32,000 nt of DNA from Candidatus Methylomirabilis oxygeniifera. GTDB taxonomy: Bacteria; Methylomirabilota; Methylomirabilia; Methylomirabilales; Methylomirabilaceae. Positions within the stretch are counted from its first letter, which is position 1, and each line of letters opens with the position of its first letter. This document shows positions 1 to 8,301 of this stretch, one piece after another. A program made the translations under genes and the position numbers. The notes under the pieces were generated by a model. The model did no database searches. It saw only the letters and a program-made list of their open reading frames with translations, and was not told the origin of the DNA. The stretch is from the NCBI GenBank assembly GCA_000091165.1, contig FP565575.1, positions 1 through 32,000 on the forward strand. The letters run 5' to 3'.

Positions 1-10
1 CGGTGCGAAG

Positions 11-1369
11 GTGAATCTGACTAATTCACCCGTCAGGGCAGATGAGATATGGAAAGAAGCCCTCGCAACCATTCAGGGTAAGGTCGCACGCCAAAGTTTT
101 GACAATTGGTTTCGCCCCCTGGCCCTGGAGTCACTGGAAGGCTCATGCGTCACGGTCCGGCTTCCGAACCAATTCTTCAAGGAGTGGTTCGAAGACCATT
201 ATCTGGACGTTCTCAAATCGGTATTTACGGATCTGATGTTTACCAGCGTCAACGTGATTCTCCGTGTTGCGGAGCCGGTAGGGCAGGGCGAGCCCGATGT
301 GAGGCCGGAGCCTGCCGCCAGACGACCGGTCAAGCGATATCGGAACGAAGCGGCAATCCTCAATCCGAAGTATACCTTTGAGAATTTTGTTGTTGGTAGC
401 TCCAGTCAATTTGCCCACGCCGGCTGTCTGGCCGTGGCAGAGCAGCTTTCGAAAGCGTATAACCCGCTCTTTATCTATGGGGGTGTCGGCTTGGGGAAAA
501 CCCACCTGCTCCACGCCATCGGCCACCTGGTCCTCAAACGAAACGCCAGACTCAAGCTTTCCTATGTCTCATCTGAGAAGTTTACCAACGACCTAATTAA
601 TGCGATTCGGTTCGATTCCACTGGCGAGTTCCGTAATCGCTATCGCAGTCTGGACCTGCTGCTCATCGACGACATTCAGTTTATCGCGGGCAAAGAGCGG
701 ACCCAGGAGGAGTTCTTTCATACCTTCAATGAACTGTACGACTCCTCAAAACAGATTGTGATCTCCTCTGATAGCCTCCCACGCGAGATCCCCACGCTGG
801 AAGAGCGGTTACGCTCCAGGTTCGAGTGGGGCCTGATCGCCGACATTCAGCCGCCCGATCTCGAAACCAAGGCCGCCATCATTCGGAAGAAAGCGCAGGC
901 GGAGGGCGTGCGGCTTCCTGATGATGTCTCACTCTTTATCGCCAAGAACGTGCAGTCGAATATCCGGGAGTTGGAAGGCTCGCTGGTTCGCCTTGTTGCC
1001 TACGCCTCGATGACGGGGCGAGAGATTTCCTTGGAGCTCGCCCAGGAGACGCTGAAGGAGCTGAATGCCGAACGGGCCAAGGTCATCACGCTGACCGCCA
1101 TCCAGCAGACGGTCGCCGAGTTCTATCGCGTCAAGGTCGAGGACCTTAAATCCAAGGAGAGAAACTGGGGAGTGGTCCTGCCGCGCCAGGTAGCGATGTA
1201 CCTCAGTCGAACGCTGACCGCCTCGTCGCTGCCGGTGATCGGTGAGGCGTTCGGAGGCAAGGACCATACGACGGTGATCCACTCCTGCGACAAGATCAAG
1301 CGGAGACTCACCACTGATGAGGCCTTCCGGCGGCAAATCGAATCCCTCTCTCAAGCGATCACCTCATAA
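11..1369 (+). CDS. dnaA: Chromosomal replication initiator protein DnaA
   Basis: 452-aa ORF with GTG start. AAA+ Walker A GGVGLGKTHLLHAIG and Walker B LLLIDDIQF. C-terminal DnaA-box-binding signature KDHTTVIHSCDKI. Confidence 0.95.
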   Translation: MNLTNSPVRADEIWKEALATIQGKVARQSFDNWFRPLALESLEGSCVTVRLPNQFFKEWFEDHYLDVLKSVFTDLMFTSVNVILRVAEPVGQGEPDVRPEPAARRPVKRYRNEAAILNPKYTFENFVVGSSSQFAHAGCLAVAEQLSKAYNPLFIYGGVGLGKTHLLHAIGHLVLKRNARLKLSYVSSEKFTNDLINAIRFDSTGEFRNRYRSLDLLLIDDIQFIAGKERTQEEFFHTFNELYDSSKQIVISSDSLPREIPTLEERLRSRFEWGLIADIQPPDLETKAAIIRKKAQAEGVRLPDDVSLFIAKNVQSNIRELEGSLVRLVAYASMTGREISLELAQETLKELNAERAKVITLTAIQQTVAEFYRVKVEDLKSKERNWGVVLPRQVAMYLSRTLTASSLPVIGEAFGGKDHTTVIHSCDKIKRRLTTDEAFRRQIESLSQAITS

Positions 1370-1375
1370 AGGAAA

Positions 1376-1472
1376 GGGGATAGGGTTGAGGGTGTAGGGT
1401 GCAGGGTAGCGAAGACAATCGGATGTAAGTTTTAACCCTGAACCCCGACCCCCCAACCCTTAACCCATCCCT
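1376..1472. repeat. Two inversely oriented arrays of heptamer repeats (GGGTNNA x5, then CCCNNAA-type x5-6) forming a long imperfect hairpin just after the dnaA stop
   Basis: Left arm: GGGGATA GGGTTGA GGGTGTA GGGTGCA GGGTAGC. About 20 nt downstream: TTTTAAC CCTGAAC CCCGACC CCCCAAC CCTTAAC CCATCCC. The arms are approximate reverse complements. Confidence 0.7.
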
Positions 1473-1539
1473 CTCTCCCCTCCTACCCCGCCACTTCTCA
1501 ACTCTTGCCTGAAACGGACCGTTCACGTATGATTCGGCT

Positions 1540-2532
1540 ATGTTGACCCTTGTTACGGGTGGGACCGGCTTCGTCGGCGCCGCTGTTGTCCGACTGCTGC
1601 TCTCAGAGGGATATTCCGTCCGGGCGCTGGCCAGGCACGGGAGCGACCTTCGAAATCTTGATGGCCTTGATGTTGACCTGGCGTTTGGCGATCTCCTCGA
1701 TAAGGAATCGCTACGACAGGCCTGCAAGGGGTGTCGGCGACTCTATCACGTCGGGGCCCACTACTCGCTGTGGGAGCCCTCGCCGGAGGTCTTTTACCGA
1801 ATCAACGTAGACGGCACCAGAAACCTTTTGGAAGTCGCCATAGAGGAGGGGGTCGAGCGGGTTGTGTACACCAGCACCGTCGGCGCGCTGGGTTATCGGG
1901 AAGATGGCGGCCCCGCTAATGAGGAGACACCGGTCAGCCTTGATCAGATGATCGGCCACTACAAGCGGTCGAAGTTCCTGGCCGAAGAAGAGGCGCGAAA
2001 GGCTGCCCTCCGCGGGTTGCCGATCGTGATCGTCAACCCGAGCACGCCTGTCGGGCCACGCGACATCAAACCGACGCCGACGGGTCGGATTATCGTCGAT
2101 TTCCTGAACCGTCGAATGCCGGCCTATATCGACACCGGCCTCAATTTTATCGATGTGGATGATGTGGCCAAAGGTCACCTGCTTGCCGCCGAACGTGGCC
2201 GGGTTGGGGAGCGGTACATCCTTGGCCGGAGCAACTTGACACTGCAGAGACTCTTTGCGGTCCTGGGACAGATCGCAAAGCTCCCTCCACCAAGAGTCCG
2301 CCTGCCATACCGATTGATCGTGCCGCTGGCCTATGGGAACCACTGGCTGTCTAGTTTTACCAGGAAGCCGCCACGAATCCCATTGGAGGGGGTGAAGATG
2401 GCCAAGCGGCGGATGTTCTTCGACGCCTCAAAGGCCGTACGAGAACTGGGGCTGCCGCAGTCACCGATCGAGCGGGCGCTTGAGGAGGCGGTTCGCTGGT
2501 TCACCGATCATGGGTATGTGGCCAAACCCTAA
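1540..2532 (+). CDS. hpnA: NAD-dependent epimerase/dehydratase, hopanoid-associated sugar epimerase (HpnA)-like
   Basis: 330 aa. N-terminal Rossmann motif VTGGTGFVGAAVV and the YxxxK segment IGHYKRSKFLAEE. The block VIVNPSTPVGPRDIKPTPTGRIIVDFLNRRMPAY matches my recollection of the HpnA family. Confidence 0.75.
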   Translation: MLTLVTGGTGFVGAAVVRLLLSEGYSVRALARHGSDLRNLDGLDVDLAFGDLLDKESLRQACKGCRRLYHVGAHYSLWEPSPEVFYRINVDGTRNLLEVAIEEGVERVVYTSTVGALGYREDGGPANEETPVSLDQMIGHYKRSKFLAEEEARKAALRGLPIVIVNPSTPVGPRDIKPTPTGRIIVDFLNRRMPAYIDTGLNFIDVDDVAKGHLLAAERGRVGERYILGRSNLTLQRLFAVLGQIAKLPPPRVRLPYRLIVPLAYGNHWLSSFTRKPPRIPLEGVKMAKRRMFFDASKAVRELGLPQSPIERALEEAVRWFTDHGYVAKP

Positions 2533-2548
2533 CCCCTATACCCTGTTT

Positions 2549-3298
2549 TTAGAGCCTCTGCCACAGCCATTGCGGCGTGAGGCGAAGCGCGTAGGTCGAG
2601 AGGAGCGTAAAGTAGTTGGTGAGCAGGAGGCTACCGACAACGACCAGGAAGATCCCGCCGACGGCGCTGATAATCGGTACCAGATGTTTCAACTGGTCAA
2701 AATAGTTGAGAAAGCGATTGAGGGCGAGAGCGCTCAAGAAGAACGGGATGGCGAGGCCGAGCGAGTAGGCGCCAAGCATCAGGATCCCCATGTACGCAGT
2801 TTTAGCCGTACTCGCGTACAGCAGGATGGAACCCAGGATCGGGCCGACACAGGGGGTCCAGCCGGCGGCAAAGGTTACCCCCACGATAAATGCGCCCAGA
2901 TACCCGGCCGGCCGATCATGTAGCTCGACCCGGAAGGTTCGCGCAAGAAAGGGGAGCTTGAGGAAGCCGGCGATATAGAGGCCGAACAGAATCACCAGCA
3001 CACCCCCAACCTTCCTGAGAATCTGTTGATAGTCAAACAGGAGCCGGCCCAGCAGGCTGAAGGAGGCGCCCAACGACATGAAAACGACGGAAAAACCGAG
3101 GATGAAGCACAGGGCGTTCAGGATAATCGCCCGGCGTGTTTTGACATTGTCCACCGAGCCCGATAACTCGCCGAATGAGAGGCCGGTCACAAAGGAGAGG
3201 TAGGAAGGAAAGATCGGAAGCACGCACGGTGAAAGGAACGAGAAGATCCCCGCCCCCAGAGCCATCCAGATGGTCAATGCCTCGCCAGTTTCCAACAT
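2549..3298 (-). CDS. ccdA: Cytochrome c biogenesis protein CcdA (DsbD-type thiol-disulfide transporter)
   Basis: 249-aa polytopic membrane protein. N-terminal SPCVLP motif and a second conserved Cys in AGWTPCVGPILG. Confidence 0.85.
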   Translation of the reverse strand: MLETGEALTIWMALGAGIFSFLSPCVLPIFPSYLSFVTGLSFGELSGSVDNVKTRRAIILNALCFILGFSVVFMSLGASFSLLGRLLFDYQQILRKVGGVLVILFGLYIAGFLKLPFLARTFRVELHDRPAGYLGAFIVGVTFAAGWTPCVGPILGSILLYASTAKTAYMGILMLGAYSLGLAIPFFLSALALNRFLNYFDQLKHLVPIISAVGGIFLVVVGSLLLTNYFTLLSTYALRLTPQWLWQRL

Positions 3299-3324
3299 CA
3301 GCAGCCTCTCGTCTTAGCCCTCCA

Positions 3325-4671
3325 TTACTCGGAGATCGCTGCCTTCGCCTGGTCGGCTACGACAACCAGCACGTAACCCTCCGGCCTAAGATGGGCGCGC
3401 GCGACTCGCAGGATATCCTCTTTGCTGACGCCTTCGATCAGCATCCGGTAGCGGTCTGCATAATCCAACCCCAGTTTATAGTACTCTACCGCTGAAATCA
3501 ACCCGGCCAGCTTTGCGTTCGTATCAAGTCGAAGAGGAAAGCTTCCGGTGAGGTGGGCCTTTGCATCGGCCAGTTCCTGGTCGGTCACCCCTTGCTCCCG
3601 GATTCGTCGAAGCTCCCGCACGACCTCCTGTACTGCCTGACCGGCAGTCTCATTCTTCGTTTGCAGCACCACCTGAAACGATCCCGGCTCCAGACCTGGG
3701 GAAAATTGGGAGCTGACATCATAGGCCCAGCCGTTCCTCTCGCGTATTCGCTCCACCAGGCGAGACGAAAATCCGCCTCCGCCAAGGATATAATTCATCA
3801 CCGTCAAGGCATAGAAATCCGGGTGATCGCGCCGGATTCCCTGATGACCGAGGACGATATTCGCCTGCGTGACACCCCGATCCACCTTTTTGACAACAAT
3901 CTTCTCCTGAAGCGGTTTTGGCTCCGTCGCCCGCTTGAGTCCTCCCTTGCCTTTCGGCCATGAGCCAAGCAGCGCTCGGAACTGGCCTGTGATCTCGCCT
4001 CGATCAACATCGCCCACGACGGTGATGAAGGTTCGTTCCGGGGTGTAGTGTTCGCGATAGAACCCTACAATCTCATCCCTGGCGATCGCAGAGAGAGATG
4101 CGTCGTTTCCCTCCAGTGGGCGTCCATATGGATGATTTCCAAAGACCAGTTCGTCGAACAGTTCCTCCGCTACCTCACCCGGATCCTCCTGCCGCTTCCG
4201 TAACGCCGCCTTGAGCTCCTGTACCTTTCTGGCGATCTCCGCCTTCTCAAAGGCCGGCTGCAGCAGGACGTCCGCCAGTAACGCCAGTCCCTGCGGTAGA
4301 TCCTTCTTCAACAATGTCAGATTTACTTCGCTGAAATCCCGACCCGCGGATGATGAGAGGGAGGCGCCGATAAAGTCTGTCGACTCATCGATCTGGGCGG
4401 CTGTCCGGGTCGTCGTGCCCCTCGTCAGCAGGAGAGCGGTCAGATTAGCCAGCCCTGGGCGCATCTCCGGCTCCCAGAGGGAGCCTGCCTGCATCGTCAC
4501 TTTGATGGTTACAATCGGGAGCGCCCGACTGCTCCTGACCAGCAGCGTGAGCCCGTTCTCCAGTACCTGCCGTTCGGCCAGCGGGGCCGCAGCCACGACG
4601 ACCGGCAGCAACAGGAGCAGCAGGAGGCTGAACGACAAACCCCACCGGTATCCGCGTCTCGCGCTGGTCAT
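3325..4671 (-). CDS. M16-family peptidase, non-catalytic (beta-like) subunit, secreted
   Basis: Insulinase fold by similarity to the upstream paralog, but no HxxEH motif. I prefer the start at MTSARRGYRW... (ATG 4671, GAAGGA RBS, signal peptide LLLLLLLPVVVAAAP) over the tracked start at 4773, which would read through a heptamer repeat. Confidence 0.8.
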   Translation of the reverse strand: MTSARRGYRWGLSFSLLLLLLLPVVVAAAPLAERQVLENGLTLLVRSSRALPIVTIKVTMQAGSLWEPEMRPGLANLTALLLTRGTTTRTAAQIDESTDFIGASLSSSAGRDFSEVNLTLLKKDLPQGLALLADVLLQPAFEKAEIARKVQELKAALRKRQEDPGEVAEELFDELVFGNHPYGRPLEGNDASLSAIARDEIVGFYREHYTPERTFITVVGDVDRGEITGQFRALLGSWPKGKGGLKRATEPKPLQEKIVVKKVDRGVTQANIVLGHQGIRRDHPDFYALTVMNYILGGGGFSSRLVERIRERNGWAYDVSSQFSPGLEPGSFQVVLQTKNETAGQAVQEVVRELRRIREQGVTDQELADAKAHLTGSFPLRLDTNAKLAGLISAVEYYKLGLDYADRYRMLIEGVSKEDILRVARAHLRPEGYVLVVVADQAKAAISE

Positions 4672-4691
4672 GATCCTTCGCACCTCAAAAC

Positions 4692-4727
4692 AGGGTATAG
4701 GGTTTAGGGTATAGGGTTTAGGGTGAG
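4692..4727. repeat. Tandem heptamer repeat AGGGTAT AGGGTTT AGGGTAT AGGGTTT AGGGTGA in the spacer between the two M16 genes
   Basis: Direct reading shows a 7-nt period for 5 units. It contains TTTAGGG-like units. Related single or double units occur at 2533-2550 and 14161-14172. Confidence 0.85.
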
Positions 4728-4782
4728 GAATGGAACGAACCATATCCCTCGTGCCCCGCACCGGGCGCAGCAAGCAGCGCCC

Positions 4783-6147
4783 CTACTTCTTAATTTTTTC
4801 CGGAATCAGCACCGCAACGGTTCGGTTGTCCGGCGTCAGATAGGCTCTCGCAACCCGTTGCAGATCTGCTGCCGTCACGGCGCGGATGCCGGGGAGGTAC
4901 GCCTCCCACGTGCGCCAATTGGCTACGATCTCATACTCAGCCAGCACTCTAGCCAGATTGAATATCGAATCCTGCCCGAACAGGAAGTCGGCCTCAATCT
5001 GATTCTTCACTTTCTGCAACTCACGATCTGAGATCAGCTCGTTCTTTACCTGCTCGATCTCTGCCGTCAAAGCCCGTTCGATCTCTTCGGCCGTTTTGCC
5101 GGGCATCACGCTGGCGTACAGGGGGAAGAGGTTCGGGTCGACGCTCTCCCGGTCATACCCACCGCCGGCAAACAGCGCAAGCTGTTGCTCGTAGACCAGA
5201 CTCTTATAAATTCTGGCGCTTTTGCCGCCGGACAGGATATAGGCCAGCACCTCGAGCGCGAAGTTATCGGGATGTTTCAGATTCGGGACATGATACCCCA
5301 TAAATACAAACGGCAGTTCCGCTTCCTTTTTCAGGAGGACCCGTCGCTCGCCCCGCTGCTCCGGCTCGACGGAACGGACGGCCGGCGGGTCAGCAGCTCG
5401 CGGAATCGGGCCGAAGTACTGTCGGATCTTCGGAAGTAGGTCGCCGCTGTTGAAATCGCCGACCACGATCAGCACGGCATTATTCGGCACGTAATAGGTG
5501 TTGTAGTAGCGTACCAGATCCTCCCTAGTGATACGTTCGATGTCGGTCATCCAGCCGATGATAGGCTGTCGGTAGGGGTGCGCCTGAAACGCGGCAGCCC
5601 CCATAGCCTCCCTCAAGGCGGAAACGGGATCGTCTTCTGTTCTCAGACGGCGCTCTTCCATGACCACTTTCTTTTCTGCCTCTATCTCTTTCGAATCGAG
5701 CAGCAGACCTCGCATCCGATCGGCTTCGAGTTTCAGGGCCAGTTCGACCCGATCAGAGGCGAACGTCTCGAAGTACCCGGTGTAATCCTCGCTGGTGAAG
5801 GCGTTGTCGCGACCGCCGTTCTTTCTGATGATTCGCGAAAACTGCCCCGGCCCAACTTTCGAGGTTCCCTTGAACATCATGTGCTCCAACAGATGCGACA
5901 AGCCGGTCGTTCCCGGTTGCTCGTTGCGCCCACCAACCCTGTACCAGATGTGGACGGTGACGACAGGCGCCTTGTGCTCTTCGAGCAGGAGGATCTTCAG
6001 TCCGTTGTCGAGCGCCGACTCCGTCACTCTGGCCGTGACCTGCGCGTTCGCAACGCCTTGAGCCACGAGAACGCACAGAACTACCCAGGCTATCACCCAG
6101 CCCGGCCTTCGCAGACGCTGTATGTGCTGTCGTATCGCTGTTGTCAT
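4783..6147 (-). CDS. M16-family zinc metallopeptidase (insulinase/PqqL-like), catalytic subunit
   Basis: 454 aa with an N-terminal signal anchor. Inverted zinc motif HLLEH in GLSHLLEHMMFKGT, with the downstream Glu region NAFTSEDYTGY. Confidence 0.9.
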   Translation of the reverse strand: MTTAIRQHIQRLRRPGWVIAWVVLCVLVAQGVANAQVTARVTESALDNGLKILLLEEHKAPVVTVHIWYRVGGRNEQPGTTGLSHLLEHMMFKGTSKVGPGQFSRIIRKNGGRDNAFTSEDYTGYFETFASDRVELALKLEADRMRGLLLDSKEIEAEKKVVMEERRLRTEDDPVSALREAMGAAAFQAHPYRQPIIGWMTDIERITREDLVRYYNTYYVPNNAVLIVVGDFNSGDLLPKIRQYFGPIPRAADPPAVRSVEPEQRGERRVLLKKEAELPFVFMGYHVPNLKHPDNFALEVLAYILSGGKSARIYKSLVYEQQLALFAGGGYDRESVDPNLFPLYASVMPGKTAEEIERALTAEIEQVKNELISDRELQKVKNQIEADFLFGQDSIFNLARVLAEYEIVANWRTWEAYLPGIRAVTAADLQRVARAYLTPDNRTVAVLIPEKIKK

Positions 6148-6153
6148 GGCGTG

Positions 6154-6624
6154 CTAACGACTCACTCCTTCATATGTGACACGGACTGCCTGCCCCTCGC
6201 TGATGCCCATCTCCTGGGCATAGCCTGCCGGAACCTCCAACACAAGATCCGCGAGGTGACGGACAACAGCAGGCGTTTCGTGTGAGCGCGGCGGAGGAAT
6301 ATTCGCGTTAATGGTGGCGACTTTGCCCTCCCTGATCCACACAATGTCGATTGGAATCAACATCCCTTTCATCCAAAATGTCCGATGTTCCTCTGCATCA
6401 AAGGGAAAGAGCATTCCTTCACCTTTTGGCAGCGATGATCGGCCCGCGAGTCCTGTGGCCTGCTCGTGCCTGGTCCGTGCCACCTCAACAGTAATTTTTA
6501 TCCGGCCGTCGATGATCACTTCGCCTTTTTGCAGGGCGAAACCATCAGCGACCCAGAGCGTACATAACGCCAGCGGAAGCAGAAGATAGAATCCTAACAT
6601 CATCATAGCGCGAGCCATCATCAT
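6154..6624 (-). CDS. DUF192 domain protein (secreted)
   Basis: 156 aa with a signal peptide. Core GLAGRSSLPKGEGMLFPF...FWMKGMLIPIDIVWI is typical of DUF192/COG1430. The start overlaps the htrA stop (ATGA). Confidence 0.7.
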   Translation of the reverse strand: MMMARAMMMLGFYLLLPLALCTLWVADGFALQKGEVIIDGRIKITVEVARTRHEQATGLAGRSSLPKGEGMLFPFDAEEHRTFWMKGMLIPIDIVWIREGKVATINANIPPPRSHETPAVVRHLADLVLEVPAGYAQEMGISEGQAVRVTYEGVSR

Positions 6625-7739
6625 TCCTCCGGTAACTCTCCCAGTCGAACCGATACGGTACGCGGCCGGCCATCCCTGAGAAGTTCGATCTTCACCTGGT
6701 CTCCCACCTTCCGTTCCGCATCCAGAAAGGCCGTCAGGTCGTCTATCGATGTCACCTTTCGGCTATCAACCGCAACGATGATATCTCCTCCTACACCCAC
6801 CAACATATTGCCGACCCGCGCCTTTCTTGTGCTTCCCCTGATACCGGCGCGTTCCACCGGTCCTTTGGGAGCAACCTGCATCACGACGATCCCTTCGCGG
6901 ACCGGAAGCTTCAGGGCGCCGGCGACCTCCGACGTGATGTCCAAACCGGCTATGCCCAGCCAGGGATGACTGACTCGCCCTTTAGCAATCAATTGGGGGA
7001 GCAGCCGTTTCGCCGTATTCACCGGAACGGCAAAACCGATCCCGACCGACCCGCCGCTCGGTGTATAGATGGCGCTGTTGATTCCGATCACTTCGCCCCG
7101 GGAGTTCAGCAACGGGCCGCCCGAATTGCCGGGGTTGATCGGCGCGTCGGTCTGGATCACGCCTCGAATCTGGCGTCCGCTCTCTGAGCGCAACGTCCGA
7201 CCCGTCGAACTGACGACGCCGCGCGTGACCGTTCGATCCAGACCGAACGGATTGCCGATGGCAATGGCCATCTGTCCGACCTGCAGGGCGTCGCTGTTGC
7301 CCATCTTCAAAGGAAACAGTTTGTCCTTTGACACAGAGATCTTGACTACCGCCAGATCGTTACTGGGATCCCGGCCGATCAATTTTGCCGGAACCTTGCT
7401 TTTGTCGGGCAGCGTGACCTCCAGGCTGTCAGCCTCTTCCACCACATGATTATTGGTTAAGATATATCCTCGGTCATCCACCACGAAACCCGAGCCGGCC
7501 CCTTTCTGGGGTACCGGATTGAAGAATACATCGTAGGCCAGAGCGGTGCTGGTGATGTGCACGACGCCTGGGCCGGCATGTTTATAAACCGATATGACGA
7601 TCTGCTCCTCCGGGCTGAAGCCAGGACCGTCCGCCTGAGTTTTTTCCGCCCAGGCATCAGTTCGGACGGTGAGGCACCCGACAGCCACGAGCGCAGCCAA
7701 CACTGTGCGCCGGACTGGAATGTGCCAGTTCTTAGACAA
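6621..7739 (-). CDS. htrA: HtrA/DegP-family periplasmic serine endoprotease (S1C) with one PDZ domain
   Basis: Catalytic triad contexts TNNHVV, NDLAVVKI and GNSGGPLLN, plus a C-terminal PDZ. I prefer the TTG start at 7739, with AAAGGAG 8 nt upstream and a signal peptide RRTVLAALVAVGCL. The tracked ATG 7841 adds an unlikely 34-aa extension. Confidence 0.85.
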   Translation of the reverse strand: MSKNWHIPVRRTVLAALVAVGCLTVRTDAWAEKTQADGPGFSPEEQIVISVYKHAGPGVVHITSTALAYDVFFNPVPQKGAGSGFVVDDRGYILTNNHVVEEADSLEVTLPDKSKVPAKLIGRDPSNDLAVVKISVSKDKLFPLKMGNSDALQVGQMAIAIGNPFGLDRTVTRGVVSSTGRTLRSESGRQIRGVIQTDAPINPGNSGGPLLNSRGEVIGINSAIYTPSGGSVGIGFAVPVNTAKRLLPQLIAKGRVSHPWLGIAGLDITSEVAGALKLPVREGIVVMQVAPKGPVERAGIRGSTRKARVGNMLVGVGGDIIVAVDSRKVTSIDDLTAFLDAERKVGDQVKIELLRDGRPRTVSVRLGELPEE

Positions 7740-7823
7740 GCGTATCGCTCCTTTAGTTGTGCGGGCACACCAAAAAGAAAAGTGGACCTTCCGTCCACCT
7801 CGATCACTGTAGAACACCAGCAT

Positions 7824-8075
7824 AGGCTTGTCAACGTCCAAGGCTGGCGTGATGCCAGGAAGTTGGCGCGTTCCGGCCTCAAGCCGCAGGCGGAGCGCCT
7901 GCTCAACATCCTGGCGCGGAATCCCTATCAGAATCCCCCTCCGTTCGAGCGACTCGTTGGAGACCTTGCGGGCGCCCTATCTCGCAGGATCAGCATTCAA
8001 CACCGGCTCGTATACCAGGTGCTGGACAACATCAAGACTGTCAAGGTCATCCGTCTGTGGACTCGTTACGAATAA
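7824..8075 (+). pseudogene. yoeB: Txe/YoeB-family type II toxin, orphan copy lacking a recognisable start codon and an antitoxin gene
   Basis: The C-terminal 84 codons of tracked ORF 7557..8075 read RLVNVQGWRDARKLARSGLKPQAERLLNILARNPYQNPPPFERLVGDLAGALSRRISIQHRLVYQVLDNIKTVKVIRLWTRYE, a Txe/YoeB signature. No ATG, GTG or TTG sits where Met is expected; the first in-frame start is TTG 7863. The upstream sequence is antisense to the htrA 5' region, not a Phd/YefM gene. Confidence 0.6.
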
Positions 8076-8301
8076 CTCCTCGTCGTTTGTCGGCAACGGC
8101 GGTGCGTGAAAAACATTGACAAGCCCCTGGAACGGCAAGAGAATTACGGCGACCCTTGGAGTTCAAAGGACGTCATAGCCCGACCGGGCTCATCGATAGT
8201 TGGGCATTGCGGAAACGGTATGAGCCGAGTTGCAGGCTTCACCCCGCTTGGCAATGTTTTTGAACACATTCATTTATTCAACACACACAAGAGGTGATCG
8301 T

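Noticed and set aside
1370-1540. oriC / DnaA-box cluster next to dnaA
   Set aside because: I found no TTATCCACA-like 9-mers in the dnaA-hpnA spacer. Only 10 nt upstream of dnaA are in the window, so the origin, if adjacent, is probably outside it.
1359-1727. 122-aa minus-strand ORF across the dnaA-hpnA spacer
   Set aside because: It would translate the heptamer repeat arrays and the antisense of the hpnA N-terminus. It has no RBS.
5578-6285. 235-aa plus-strand ORF
   Set aside because: It is antisense to the catalytic M16 peptidase gene, which has the HxxEH motif and a signal sequence.
7557-7823. N-terminal 89 codons of the tracked 172-aa ORF 7557..8075
   Set aside because: This part is antisense to the htrA 5' coding region and shows no Phd/YefM or toxin similarity. 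Only the last 84 codons carry the Txe/YoeB signature.
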